Shown: positions 11,517 to 23,289 of the stretch, one piece after another
Numbering within the stretch: position 1 is the stretch's first letter
Layout of the letters: every line of letters begins with the position of its first letter
NCBI RefSeq assembly: GCF_004010195.1
Contig: NC_057720.1
Coordinates: 29,665,631 to 29,729,630 of the forward strand
DNA length: 64,000 bases
Direction of reading: 5' to 3'
Source of the DNA: Chiloscyllium plagiosum
Taxonomy: Eukaryota
Notes under the pieces: generated by a model
Databases searched by the model: none
What the model was told of the DNA's origin: nothing
The model's input: only the letters and a program-made list of their open reading frames with translations
Translations under genes and position numbers: made by a program

Positions 11517-12739
11517 TTATGTGATTTCATTTTAGGAAGTAACATACAACTTTATATCATGGACTTGTGTGGTCCAAATTTGAGCAACAGCCTTTACTTC
11601 AGTCGGTAGCACTGTATGGTGTCAGGCCAGGACCAGTTCAGTCCTTTACAGCTCACAAATCTTTCTTACACAAGTATCCATCCAAGGAGCCACACTGTAT
11701 CAGGCCATGCCAGAAGCAGCTCCTGTCACAATGCTTAGTCTCTGAGGAGGACACGGCTTCTGCAGATTTGGCTGCACTGGTGCAGTAAAGATGAAATTGT
11801 ACCATCTGTCTCTAACCTCTCAAACAACTGTCAACCTGAGTCACAACATCACCTCCGAAACTATGCACTGTTACTTTTACTAATAATCATGTATTTTTTT
11901 TGGCAGTTCATACAAGTGAATGATATTCAAGAAAGAAGTTCAAAATCACAGAGAGGCAGGATATGAGTCTGAACTGAATTAATTCTCCAGTGAGTTTCTC
12001 AATTAAGCTGGTCAAATGAGAAATCCTGCACCATCCACAAGGTTTTGCTTTGAGGATCAAATGTGATCATGGTCACTTTAATTCTGCCACATCTTTTATT
12101 TTGTTTTTCTTGCAGATGGAAGTGGCAAATGTGAAAGAGCCCCCCAAGTTTCAAATCTTTGGCTCTTTCCTTGTGTAACCAGGCTTCTTAGTCAAGACAG
12201 TAACTATGGAGGTAATGAATGGCTAGATGGGTGGACAGGTGAAGTTGACCAAACAGTTTCTACATCGATGTATTCTTCCAACATAAATTATAAATTATCT
12301 GAGAAGGCAGCAAACATAAGCACATGAGAATGGTGGAGCTGGTCTTCGAATATGAAGGTTGGGTTGGATGTGGACATTGGACCTCAGCTCTGATTCTGGC
12401 TTGAGACGAAAAATAATGAAAGGTTTCCTTGCAAGTAAAAACAAAGAGAATAGAATCCACCACCAGAAGTGGTCATGCCAGGCTATTTTTGTTACTTTGT
12501 GAGGCCAGAAGGACCAACAGTCTCTTCACCTTCCCCCATAAGACCCTCCCATGCCCTATCCTTACTGCTGCATGAACATCTGCTTCCCATCCATTTGGGG
12601 CATTATGACAGCTTCTTGGAAAATGCTCACTGACATCAGACATACCAGTTACTACCCAAAATCGAATTTTATGGACTATTATTTCTTCTTGAAAGCCATG
12701 CAGTTGTGAAAAGATAACCCTGACTCATACTGACAGTCG

Positions 12740-13300
12740 ACTTGATTTGAACTGCTTGGATTTCTTGTAATCATGTGTACCTAAGTACAGTGAAAATCTT
12801 TGTTTTGCTAACAGTACAGGCAGATCATAGTATACAAGGACATACAGACCATAGGGCGCTAAGACAGAATGAGACATACGGATTACACTGCACAGAAGGT
12901 ACACAAAGCAAGACCAACATTAGCAAGATCAATATTATTTGGTGCGAAGGTGGACAAAGTCAGAAATCACATGACACCAGACGAAAGAGCTACACTCCGA
13001 AAGCTTGCGATTTCAAATAAACCTGTTGGATTATAAATTGATGTTGTGTGATTTCTAATGTTATTTAAAGTTAGAGAGTGCGTTCATCAGTCTAATAATG
13101 GCAGGGAAGAAGCTGTTCCTGTACCTGCTGGTGTGTGAGTTCAAGCTTCTGTATCTTCTGCCTGACAGAAGAGATTGTAGGAGAGAATTACCGATTGGGA
13201 GGGGTCTTTAATGATGTTGGCAGCCTTTCCATGGCAACGAGACATTTAAATGGAGTCCATGGATGGGAGGTTGGTTTGAGGGACGATCTGGGCTCTATTT
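12740..13300 (-). mobile_element. Rex1/Babar LINE 3' fragment, interrupted by a PLE mini-element
   Basis: Clear reverse complement similarity to 60080-60505 (gtacctaagtacagtgaaaa; acagtacaggcagatcata; ttcaagcttctgtatcttctgc). Confidence 0.85.
12941..13056. mobile_element. Short fold-back PLE mini-element (family B) with hammerhead remnant
   Basis: agaaatcacatgacacca / tgatgttgtgtgatttct inverted arms; agacgaaagagctacactccgaaagctt core remnant; TSD aat(a/g)ttattt at 12931-12940 and 13057-13066. Confidence 0.75.
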
Positions 13301-13879
13301 CCATCAAGGAAATTGAGCAAGGCACAGAGAACTCTGCATCTTGTCCAGTTTATGCTTCTCCAGAAAACTGATCCCCTTTCCGATTGTACTAAGTGGACTG
13401 TACAGCAGGACAGTCAAAGGCATACAAGGTATATCATCCACTCCATCCTTTCTCCTATTCATTCCACATCTAGACCATTGCTTCACCTTGTTCACACACT
13501 CGTGGTAATGCCATATGACTATCTATTGCCCACGTGCTGCTAATCAAGGCACAGAACAGCCCCTTCCCTACTCACTACTGAACATGATTGCTTGCAGCAA
13601 TGCAGCAAAAGGAATATGGACCAAGAAGAATAAACCACTGGCGCCCAAACGACACAAATTTCCTTTCTGATGTGTCTTGGGCTAGTCTGTTGATACCTGG
13701 CAGAGTTTGAGAGATATATATCCTGCCCAATACTGACATCTAGCATTGTTCTGGGCCAACATACATTGGTTGGTTATAATTTGTGTTTTAAGTATGTTCA
13801 CAATCTGACTCAAGCAATACACCCTGGAGAGGATTACCACAGCTTCAGTGATAGTGAAGACGGGTGCTAAGTCATTTGC

Positions 13880-14620
13880 TACAATTTTCTGAAGGTGACT
13901 GTCCTGTTTCCATCATGCAGTCGGTCTCAGCATTCAGCTTAGTGAGTGTAATGTCCTTTAGGACATCATGCTTTTTCAGAAGTTATGGAAACTATGGAGC
14001 TGCAAAGTGGATAACTTTGTAAAGGAAACTCTGCCGGGAAATTGGTTTCTCACTGAGATGTGGCTGTAAGTGAAGTATGAAGCACAAGAGTGAAATTTCT
14101 CACTTTGACTATGCAGCATCTCAACGCATTCTGACAGTCGCTCTGGAGGGACGTGTACATTCGTATTTTCATTCCGATAAGTATATAAAATGTTCCAGGC
14201 AAATAGTTTATGACCCTATCAGGAATTGACTGTATTAGGCACTGCTGCTTACACTTGTCAGTACATAGTGGTTAATGGCTAGGCTGGCTGAAAAGCACCA
14301 TCTAATACCTTAAACAGGCCCAGCTATATGTCACTATGTATCGATCTGCCCCCTGCAAGTGTTTTCACATGTCCCTGATCCTGTTTGCAAAGCTGTAAAG
14401 TAATAACAGTACTCATGTCAAGAGGGTAATTATCATTGATTTAACCCAGTGTGACAAATTTCTCAGTCAGGCTGCCTAATTCATACTCAAAGTTTGAGCC
14501 CTGTAACTGCCTTTGGAAGGAGTTACGAGTGAAGAAGATTGAAATGTTGAAGGCTGTTTGCACTGGGCAAACATTTAGAGACCTCATCCATTTGGTTGTG
14601 TCAAGGAGTAAGAGAGGGAG
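13880..14620. promoter_or_regulatory. Candidate conserved non-coding element with CTCF-like site (14346-14359, -)
   Basis: Repeat-free. Minus strand CTTGCAGGGGGCAG; TGATTTAAC flanked by TGTCA/TGACA motifs at ~14415-14457. Confidence 0.3.
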
Positions 14621-14829
14621 GAATATGGGGAATCTTTAGTATCAATCCCCAATATGGTAAGCAGAGTTGCCACATGCTACCCTATCCTGATGCCAGAATT
14701 GAAATGTCACAATGATTTTGGTTTTGGTGAGTCACCTCGCTGCAGCTTGTCAATTGAGGAACTGCTTAGTACCAAACCAACCGCAGGCGAGAGCTTCGGG
14801 GCAATGCTATATACTATAGATGTTAGAAG

Positions 14830-14960
14830 TCTGAAATAAGAGCAGAAAATGCTGGAAATACTCAACAGCTCAAACTATTTCTAAGGAGAAATTGATAGAG
14901 TGCATGTTATAGGCTTCCGGCCTTCCATCAGAAGGTCTGTGTATTTCCAAACCTCAGGAA
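14830..14960 (-). mobile_element. Decayed PLE 3' end (family D)
   Basis: gcagaaaatgctggaaatactcaacag resembles the 19050 and 22045 copies; ends at a decayed core (ccttccatcag). Confidence 0.55.
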
Positions 14961-15399
14961 GATGGACCTTATCCCATTTGATGGGGCAATGGGGTAGAAA
15001 GCAAACATAGGTTTATATCAGGTTGCTATTGTTGGGGAGCCAGAAGAAGCATTTTCCCAAAAAGAAAATGAACCTTTGGGCTGACTTCTGGAGTAGCCTC
15101 TAGTGGGCCCTTTACAATCCATTGGATGTGCAATCCACCGCATAATCTAAATCGGTGGAACATATGCAATGCATACTTTATCCCATTGTACTTCAAAATG
15201 GCAACATCTCAATGGCCTCGGCCCTCAATTTGGAAATGTAAGCAGCTTCCTCCAAAATGCATCAGACAATTCTTGGGTATGTAAGAGGTGGCTGGGTCCC
15301 TCCCTTCTCCATGATCCTCAACTAAGGTAAGAAATGGTTGACCTGCATTTGCACAGCGCCCTGTGCGCATGTATGTTTAAGTGGAAGGGCAGCAAAGAC

Positions 15400-16320
15400 A
15401 TAGTAGTTAAATTCATAGATAACACAGAGATAGATAGGAAAGGATGTTACAAAGAATACAGAAGGATTTTGCAGAAGGATATAGATTGAGTGAGTGGAAG
15501 ATAGAGTATAGATGGAGTATAATGTGGGAAAGTGTTCACTTTGGCAGCAAAAATGAAAAAGCAGAATTTGAGATGAAGAGCAATCTTTATAATGTATCAA
15601 CCACAAAAAACTTAGTCTGCAGGTACAGCACATAATGTTGACCACACCTCAAATACTGTGGGCAATTTTGGTCTCCTAATTTAGAGAGGGTTCTAAATGT
15701 AGTTTGAAGTGGTTAAGTGGATGTTTACTAGATTGGTACCAAACTGAGTGGGGTGTCTTATGAGCGATGTGAGGTAGGCTAACAATTTTTTTCCACTGGT
15801 GCTTCAGAGAGTGAGGGGTGAGTTTACTAAAATGCATAAGATCCTGAATGGTCTTGACAAGGTGGATGTGAAAAAACTATTTCCAGCATTGAGTCCGTCC
15901 AAAACTCGGGGCGGGGGGGTACTTTTTTAAAAGTAGGGAGTCGTCCTTTTAGGGCAGAGAAAAAGAGCATTTGGTTTGTTTCTCTCTCAGAGGGTTGTGC
16001 AATTTCCCTTTGCCTCAGAAGGCAGTGGAGACAATCTCATTGAATATATTTTTAAGATAGAGATGGATAGATTCTTGTTCGGCAAGGGAATCAATTTTAT
16101 TGGGGTAGCGTCAATTTTTATGGACAAGCGGAATTCAAAACACAGTTCTTTTTGAAAAACCTTCAGTGATACATTGGATTCCTTGCCTAAAGCACTTTCC
16201 AAGTTGAAAATATTGAAGGTCATTTTGATTGGCAAATGTTTCGGCTCATTATCTTCCTAAATAGTAAAGCAGGCTCAAGGGGCTGAATGGTCTACTTCTG
16301 CTCCTATTTCAGATGTTCAC
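15400..16320 (+). mobile_element. Old CR1 LINE 3' fragment
   Basis: VHFGSKN; gaccacacctcaaatactgtgggcaattttggtc (RPHLKYC.QFW); CR1-type 3' UTR ending in ggggctgaatggtctacttctgctcct. Confidence 0.8.
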
Positions 16321-16579
16321 TTTTTTTTCTCTCTAAATACATCTCCTTTGTGAGTGACCTATTAGGTCAGGGAGCTTATCTGTGTGTTTTTGTGCATATG
16401 TATCTGTGAACATGTCGAAGTTCAATTTTCCCAGTGTGTTTTTTTCTCAGTATTCATGGGAACAAAATGACATCGTTCAGCACTCATGGGAATCTTACCA
16501 GACCTCTCAGCAAAAATGCATTTGCGTGTGCTTGTCTTTATTTCTTTCAATAGGATATATTTTGTCCTTTATTGAGAAT

Positions 16580-16900
16580 GAAAAGCTAATCTCCTTATTT
16601 TGTCGCAAATAGCAAAGGAAAATGAAGTTAGCCATAGCAATCGGAATCTCTTCAGATATAAACATGAAAATTAACCTGTCATGATAGTCCTGTAATAAAC
16701 CACTTGCGTGAATGCTTACGTCACACTTCCCAATATCTAAATTGCCAGTTAAACAATATAAATCTTGAATAATTTGTACATCCAGCTTGGTATTTGCAAA
16801 TTTTAATGAAATGATGAATTCATAAAGCCTACTTTATAAATCACATTGACATTTTCTTTTCAATATTTTGCCTTGAGAAGTGTAGGTACAAATTCAGAAA
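16580..16900. promoter_or_regulatory. Candidate conserved non-coding element
   Basis: Repeat-free with ctgtca, taataaa, cataaa and cttacgtca motifs. Conservation not tested. Confidence 0.25.
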
Positions 16901-17276
16901 GACTGGTCATGTATGGTTGACTGGGTGAACCTGGAAAAGGTGCCGAAGAAAATTCATGCTTGGAAGGAGTTGAATAGGTAAGGCAAGAATTACCACACTT
17001 ATTTAAACTGAATGAAAAGAACATACATTAATTACTACATATTATGGGCACTCACAATTATGCAATGGTCATTTTATAGTCCAATATCCAAGAAACAATC
17101 AAAGCTATCTAAAGTGTATACTGACAAACATAAGCAGCACGCCTAATTCTCTGAATTCCTGTTAGGCAGCTGAACCTTGCAATGCTATTTTACAAATGTA
17201 GCAAAGTAAGGGTATATAGAAACAAGTACAACAGACACGCAGAAGTGCTGAGCAAAGCAATAACATAGAAATAGAC

Positions 17277-17806
17277 ACATAGAGTCATACAGCACAGAAC
17301 AAACCCTTTGGTCCAATTAGTTCACAGCAACGAGACATCTCATTTGCCAGTATTTAGCACTTATCCCTTAAACCCTTCCTATTCATATACTCATCCAGAT
17401 GCCAATTAAGTATTGTAATTGTGTGCACCTCCACCACTTCCTCTGGCAGCTTGTTTCATATACACACTACCTTGTGTGTGAAAATGTTACCCCTTAGATC
17501 CTTTTTAAATCTATCCCATCTCATTCTATATCTGCGCCCTCTAGGTTTGGATATCCCCAGCCTGGGAAAAAGACCTTAGCTATTCACTTTACCCATAGCC
17601 CCTCATGATATTGTCAGCCTCTTATAAGGTCACCCCTCAGCCTCCAACACTCCAGGGACAAAATTCTAACCTATTCAGCTTCTCCATATTGCTCAAACCC
17701 TTGAATCCCAGCAATATCCTTGCAAATCTTTTCTGCATCCCCTCAAGTTTAATGACATCCCTCTTATAGAAGGGCAACCAGAATTGTACGCAGTTTTCCC
17801 AAAGTG
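17277..17806 (-). mobile_element. CR1 LINE 3' fragment
   Basis: ENCVQFWLPFYKRDVIKLEGMQKRFARIL in ORF 17637-17915; catagagtcatac tail. Confidence 0.9.
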
Positions 17807-17945
17807 GAGACATGCATACAAACACACCCACGTGCATAATTTTGCATGCATAGGCATGCATACACACACATGCATATACACACATAAAGGCACACAAGTG
17901 GATATGTATGCACACAGATGCACAGTAACATATGAATGCATATAC
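17807..17945. repeat. Degenerate (CA/TA/TG)n low-complexity tract, apparently resuming at 18900-18960
   Basis: Alternating purine-pyrimidine run catgcatacacacacatgcatatacacacata. Confidence 0.7.
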
Positions 17946-17949
17946 AAAG

Positions 17950-18900
17950 TTAGGTGACCAGGCATGTAGTTATGAAGTTAGGTGGACAGGCAGGTAGTTT
18001 ATGAAGTTAGATGGACAGGTGGACAGGCAAGTAGTTCTGAGGAGGTGGGGAGGCTAGAGAAAGATTTGGACAGTTTAGGAGAGTGGTCCAAGAAATGGCT
18101 GATGAAATTCAATGTGAGCAAATGCGAGGTCTTGCACTTTGGAAAAAAGAACACAGGCATGAACTATTTTTTAAAAACGGTGGGAAAATTCATAAAGCCA
18201 AAATACAAAGGGATCTGGGAGTGTAGTCTAGGATTCTCTAAAGGTTGAGACCGTGGTTAAGAAAGCAAGTGTAATGTTGTCATTTATTTCAAGAGGGTTG
18301 GAATGTAAAAGCAGTGAGGTGTTACTAAGACTTTATAAAGCTCTGATTAAGCTCCATTTAGAATACTGTGTCCAGTTTTGGGCCCCACACCTCAGGAAGG
18401 ACATCCTGGCACTGGAGCATGTCCAGCAGAGATTCACACAGATGATCCCTGGAATGGTACAATGAACAGCTGAGGATCCTGGGATTGTACTTGTTAGAGT
18501 TCAGAAGGTTGAGGGGAGATCTAATAGAAACTTACAAGAGAATGCATGGCTTAGAAAGGGTGGACGCTGGGAAATTGTTTCCGTCAGATGGGGATACTAG
18601 TAGTTGTGGGCACAACCTTAGAATTAGAGGGGGTCAATTTAGAAAGGAAAAGAGATATTTCTTCAGCCAGAGCATAGTGGGCCTGTGGAATTCATTGCCA
18701 CAGAGTGCATGGTGACCAGGACGTTAAATGTCTTCAAAGCAGAGATTGATAAATTCTTAATCTTGCAAGGAATTAAGGGTTACGGGGAGTGTACTGATAA
18801 GTGGCGTTGAAATGCCCATCAGCCATGATTGAATGGTAGAGTGGACTCCATGGGCTGAATGGCCTTACTTCCATTCCTATTTCTTATGGTCTTACGGTCT
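17950..18900 (+). mobile_element. CR1 LINE 3' fragment with reiterated 5' junction
   Basis: LEKDLDSLGEWSKKWLMKFNVSKCEVLHFG; HLEYCVQFWAPHLRKDI; RRLRGDLIETYK; tcttatggtcttacgg tail. Confidence 0.92.
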
Positions 18901-19011
18901 TATATACCCATAAACACAATACATGTATTTGCACATTCATGAACCTGCACATGCACACTTCTGATTTAAGTGTTTAAATATTTGCCAGTCTAAATGACCT
19001 TCAATATTTTA

Positions 19012-19192
19012 ATAAAGGCAAAATATTGCAGATGATGGAATTCTGACATAAACACAGAGAACACTGGAAAAACTGAACAGCTCTGGCAGCATCTTGGAAA
19101 GAGAAACAGAGTTAAAGTTTTGAAACCGGTAAGACTCTTCTTTGGGCGCTTCCGGATCTGATGAGTTTCTCCAGCATTCTCTGTGTTTATTT
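19012..19192. mobile_element. Old fold-back PLE mini-element (family D)
   Basis: ataaacacagagaacactggaaaaactgaacagctctggcagc (~19048-19090) is inverted relative to gcttccggatctgatgagtttctccagcattctctgtgtttat (~19148-19190); possible aatattttaa-like TSD. Confidence 0.65.
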
Positions 19193-19453
19193 TAATATTT
19201 TTAACTTGGGGAATGCCTGAAAGCAATCTTGAGGGAAAGATTCCAGTATGTTGTACAGATCTGACCAACTGAAGCTCTAAGCTTTGCACTAAGATGGATT
19301 CCACTCATACAGAAGTGATGGAAGTGGACCATGACAAGAAAGTCATTACTGACTCTGTCACTACCTCACAAAGCAATGAGCTCCCAGGCACACCTACACA
19401 AAAATTTAGCTCTTTTGCAAGTAAGCAGACTTATGAATATTGGGCAGTTAGCT

Positions 19454-19582
19454 TTCCTGATGAAGGGCTTATGTCTGAAACATCGATTCTCCTGCTCCTC
19501 GGATGCTGCCTGGCCTGCTGTGTTTTTCCAGCACCACAATTTTCATCTCTGATCTCCAGCATCTGCAGTCCTCACTTTCTCC
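19454..19582 (+). mobile_element. PLE 3' end (family A), single arm starting at the hammerhead core
   Basis: CTGATGA(19457-19463)AGGGCTTATGTCTGAAACATC, then the family A tail; TSD cagtta(g/a)ct at 19445-19453 and 19583-19591. Confidence 0.8.
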
Positions 19583-19616
19583 CAGTTAACTGAGCAGTCA
19601 ACCATTATTGTTAGTT

Positions 19617-21405
19617 AGGAACGTAGGAATATAGGAACAGGGAGAGACCATTCACTGCATCCAACCTGCCCTGCCATTCTAAATTTAAACTGATGCTCTC
19701 CTCAATGTGATTTACTCACACTGTCTCCATATCCCTAATTAGTTATATTGATTTCTGTTTTTGAACCTGCTCAGTGATTGAGTTTCCATAGCCCTCCAGG
19801 GTAGAGAATTGTGAAGATTCACCACCTTCTGACTGAAGAAATTCCTCCTCATTCTATTCTTTCATGGCCTGTTCCTTGTCCTGAGATTATGTCCTCCCCC
19901 TTCGGTTCGAGAGTCACCACCCAATGAAAACATCCCACTTATATTCACCCTGTCATGCCCTGTAAAACATTTTACAGGTTTCAGTGAGAGCATTTCTCTG
20001 AAACTCAAGAGAATACACACCAAGCGTTCTCAATCTTTTGTCATCTCTTCACAATCCCACCATCTCAGGGATTAAACTGGTGTACCTTTTTGCATTCACT
20101 CTATGGTAAGCATATCCTTCCTTAGAGAAAGAGAATAAAACTGTAAACAATTCTCTAGGTGAGGTTTCACCAAGACTCTATACTGATGCAACATTTTTCC
20201 TTCAGTGCTCAAATTCTCTTGAAGTGAGCACTTTTTGCCTTTCCAGTTGTTGCTGAATCACCTTTTAGCGTCTCACTTCAGTGAATACTGAAAAACTTCA
20301 ATAATGAGAAAGGGTCCCTGGACCATAAACATTAACTCAGATTTCTTTCCATAGATGCTGCCAGACCTACTGAGCTTTTCCAGCAATTTCTGTTTTTGAT
20401 TCTGATTTGCAGTATCCGCAGTCATTTTAGTTTTTACTGAATAACTTCACAATTGTTTACATTTTATTCTATCTGCCATGTCCTAGATCATTCACATTCC
20501 CCTGAAGTCTCTTTGCACTTAACTCACAACTTATATTCCCAACCAGTTGTATGCCATGAGCAACTTTAGAAATATTACAATTAATCTTCATATCAACATC
20601 TATTTATGGAGGTGTGAACAGTTGTGGACCTAACACTGACCTAATCAGATCTCATCAGTAACAGCCTGTAATCCTGAGAATGATACAATAATTGCTATTC
20701 TCTGCTTTCGGTCTATAAGCCAATTATCAATTCATAGTTGTATATTACCCCAATACCACAAACTCTAATTTTATTTATTGACCAGTGGAGCACCTTATCA
20801 AAAGCCTTCTGAAAATTCAAAAACACTATAGCCACTTGCCTTCTTTGGCCAGGCTACAGGTAACATCCTCACACATTTCTAGCAACTTGTGAAACATTAT
20901 TTCTCGATTATAAATCCATGTTGATGCTGACTAATTTTGTCATTCTTTTCGAAATATTCACATCCTTGACAATGGACTCTAACATTTTCCCTACTACAAA
21001 CATCAACCTAACAGGTTTGTAGTTCTCCATTTTCTCTCCATCTCTTCTTAAATGGTTGGATTGCATTTGTTTCTTCCCCATCAGCAGAAACCTTTCTAGG
21101 CTCTATAGAATGACAAGGACAATAACTAATGCAACCACTATTCTCGACTGATGTTTCCTTTAATACTCTAGGATGAAGATCATCTGCTCCAGGATTTTTA
21201 TCAACATGCAATACAGGTGATTTTTCAAATACTCCTTCTTTCAGTTCTCCAATTACCATAGGTCCCTTGGTTGTATAAAATCACTGGAAGGTTTTACATA
21301 AAGACTGGTGCAAAACAATTGTTTCATTTCTCTGCCATTTCCCTGTTCTCTACTTTAAATTCTCCTGTCTTCACCTGTCATCGGATCACATTTGGTCTGT
21401 CAACA
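19617..21405 (-). mobile_element. Old CR1 LINE fragment (RT region + 3' UTR)
   Basis: KNPGADDLHPRVLKE in ORF 21008-21259; DFQKAFDKV-like sequence at ~20790-20815; taggaa repeat tail at 19617-19640. Confidence 0.85.
20301..20434 (+). mobile_element. PLE 3' end (family D) nested in CR1, 15-bp TSD
   Basis: TSD tactgaa(a/t)aacttca at 20286-20300 and 20435-20449; decayed core gagaaagggtccctggaccataaac; tail matches the reverse complement of 21995-22100. Confidence 0.75.
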
Positions 21406-21409
21406 ATTG

Positions 21410-21580
21410 CAGAGGAAGAAAACCAGAATTAACATTTCAAGTCCCGTGTGACTTCTTCAGAAGGTTAACTTAGTTTCTCTCGCCATAGGTATTGCCAGAC
21501 CTGCTGAATTTCGCCAACATTCCCTGTGATTGTTTCAAATTTCCATCATCCACAGTAATTTGCCTTTATATTTATTTTAC
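21410..21580. mobile_element. Old fold-back PLE mini-element (family D) with hammerhead remnant (21431-21460, -)
   Basis: Minus strand CTGAAGA-AGTC-ACACGG-GACT-T-GAAATGTT; gaagaaaaccagaattaac is inverted relative to gttaacttagtttctctc. Confidence 0.65.
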
Positions 21581-21648
21581 CTTTATTCAGCTAGTGACAG
21601 TTAATGATTAGGTTGATGCAAGAGAGCACTAGTTCAACATTGTATGCA

Positions 21649-21865
21649 GGTAAAAACAATGACTGCAGATGCTGGAAACCAGATTTTGGATTAGTGGTGC
21701 TGGAAGAGCACAGCAGTTCAGGCAGCATCAAAGGAGCAGCAAAATTGACGTTTCGGGCAAGAGCCCTTCATCAGGAATAAAGATGAAGGGCTTTTGCCCG
21801 AAACGTCGATTTTGCTGCTCCTCGGATGCTGCCTGAACTGCTGTGCTCTTCCAGCACCACTAATC
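21649..21865. mobile_element. Fold-back PLE mini-element (family A) with 14-bp TSD
   Basis: Arms 21686-21772 and 21782-21868; perfect TSD caacattgtatgca at 21635-21648 and 21866-21879; ~37-nt unpaired tail. Confidence 0.92.
21747..21774 (-). ncRNA. Minimal hammerhead ribozyme core
   Basis: CTGATGA-A-GGGC-TCTT-GCCC-GAAA-CGTC. The + arm copy (21782-21807) lacks the first CT. Confidence 0.75.
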
Positions 21866-21994
21866 CAACATTGTATGCAACCCAGTTAGGCTCAAACATT
21901 GCAATATTCTTTGGATGTCAACTTATATACATCTGAACACCACTGTCAGTGTGACATAGCATACATTGTGACATTATGCACATCATGATACTGT

Positions 21995-22585
21995 GTAAAA
22001 TAAAACAAAGAACTGTGGATGCTGTAAATATAAAACGTAAAGAGAAATTGCTGGAAAAACTCAGCAGATATGGCAAGTTCTCTGGTGAGAATGCAGCGTC
22101 AAGATTTCGGGTCCAGTGATCCTTCTTCAGAATTGATTGTTGCTCAGAAAAGGTTGGTATACTGTATATGCTGCAGATGGGGTGAGGAGTGGGGGAGGAG
22201 TAAACAACAGGTGGAGCTAGAGCCCAGACAGAGAGAACAACAGTTATGCAGACAAAGGAATGGATGATGTTGAGCTGGAGAGAAACAAAAACTGTTATTG
22301 GGGACCATTCGTGGCTGTCAGTAGGTTGGCTGTGGTGAAACTAGCCCATGAAATGACAGGGTCGGGTATGTGGGAAGGACATAAAAGAAGGTATTCAGGC
22401 ACCAAAATTATTACAATGAATATTGAATTCTGAAGGCTGCAGGATCCCAGGTGGAAAATTAGATGCCATTCTTCCAGCTTGTGCTGAGCTTTGCTGGAGT
22501 ACTGCAGCAAGACTGAGACAGAGATGTTGGCCTGGCAATGTGGTGGTGTGTTAAAGGGGAAAGCAACCAGCTCAAGGTCATATGA
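21995..22585 (-). mobile_element. Penelope-like (Neptune-type) 3' fragment: GIY-YIG C-terminus, 3' UTR, hammerhead (22101-22130), family D tail
   Basis: ORF 22295-22630 contains VAFPFNTPPHCQANISVSVLLQYSSKAQHKLEEWHLIFHLG, typical of the PLE endonuclease end. Minus strand CTGAAGA-A-GGATC-ACTG-GACCC-GAAATCTT. Confidence 0.88.
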
Positions 22586-23289
22586 TACCATGTAGTTTTG
22601 TGGTGCACGTACTCTAGTCTCATTGTGCAAATATTGTCACAATACATGTGGTGATGCTGTCATGTATGTAGCGATGATGTGTTTAGTTTTACACACATTT
22701 GCACACATCTTCAGTATGACCCATCAAAGATAGCAAAAAAGTTAGTTTAGATATTTCTACCTTCTTTGGGAAGTACCATTTATAACACTGAAAAAGTGGT
22801 GGCTGAGTGGCAACAGACTGATTTTAAGTCTTCCAGGCCAAACTATCAGCTGTTGATATTAGCTCTGAGCTTCCAAGGTCTATCTAGTAGTTTTTCTCTT
22901 CTTTCAAAAAAAAACTGGTATTGTCAACTTCAGCAAAATAAAGAATCAGATCAGTTTCCAGATAACACTTACTAATGTACACTATGGTATTTCTGTCATG
23001 AGTCTTTAATTAATTGGGCACAAACCTTAAGTGTTCATGTAGTCTACAGCTTACGACAAAGAACTCAAACACCTATTTTGATGTCACGCCTGAAGACCAA
23101 TCCCACTGAAACTTAGCTGTACTGAATTTGATGATGGGGATGTTCATGAATTTTCCTTCTTTACTGATGTATATGTCATGCTCTGCAGCTTGTGATGGCC
23201 AACATATTTGTTGGTTGACAGATCATATCTCTCCCTACCATTTAATGTACTTTATAGTTTGAATTCAGGTAGCTCTCAATGGTTGCTTT

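Noticed and set aside
21649..21865. Interpreting the hairpin elements as DNA-transposon MITEs or conserved miRNA genes
   Set aside because: TSDs are long and variable (10-16 bp), the arms are asymmetric, and the sequence matches the 3' end of GIY-YIG PLE copies in this window.
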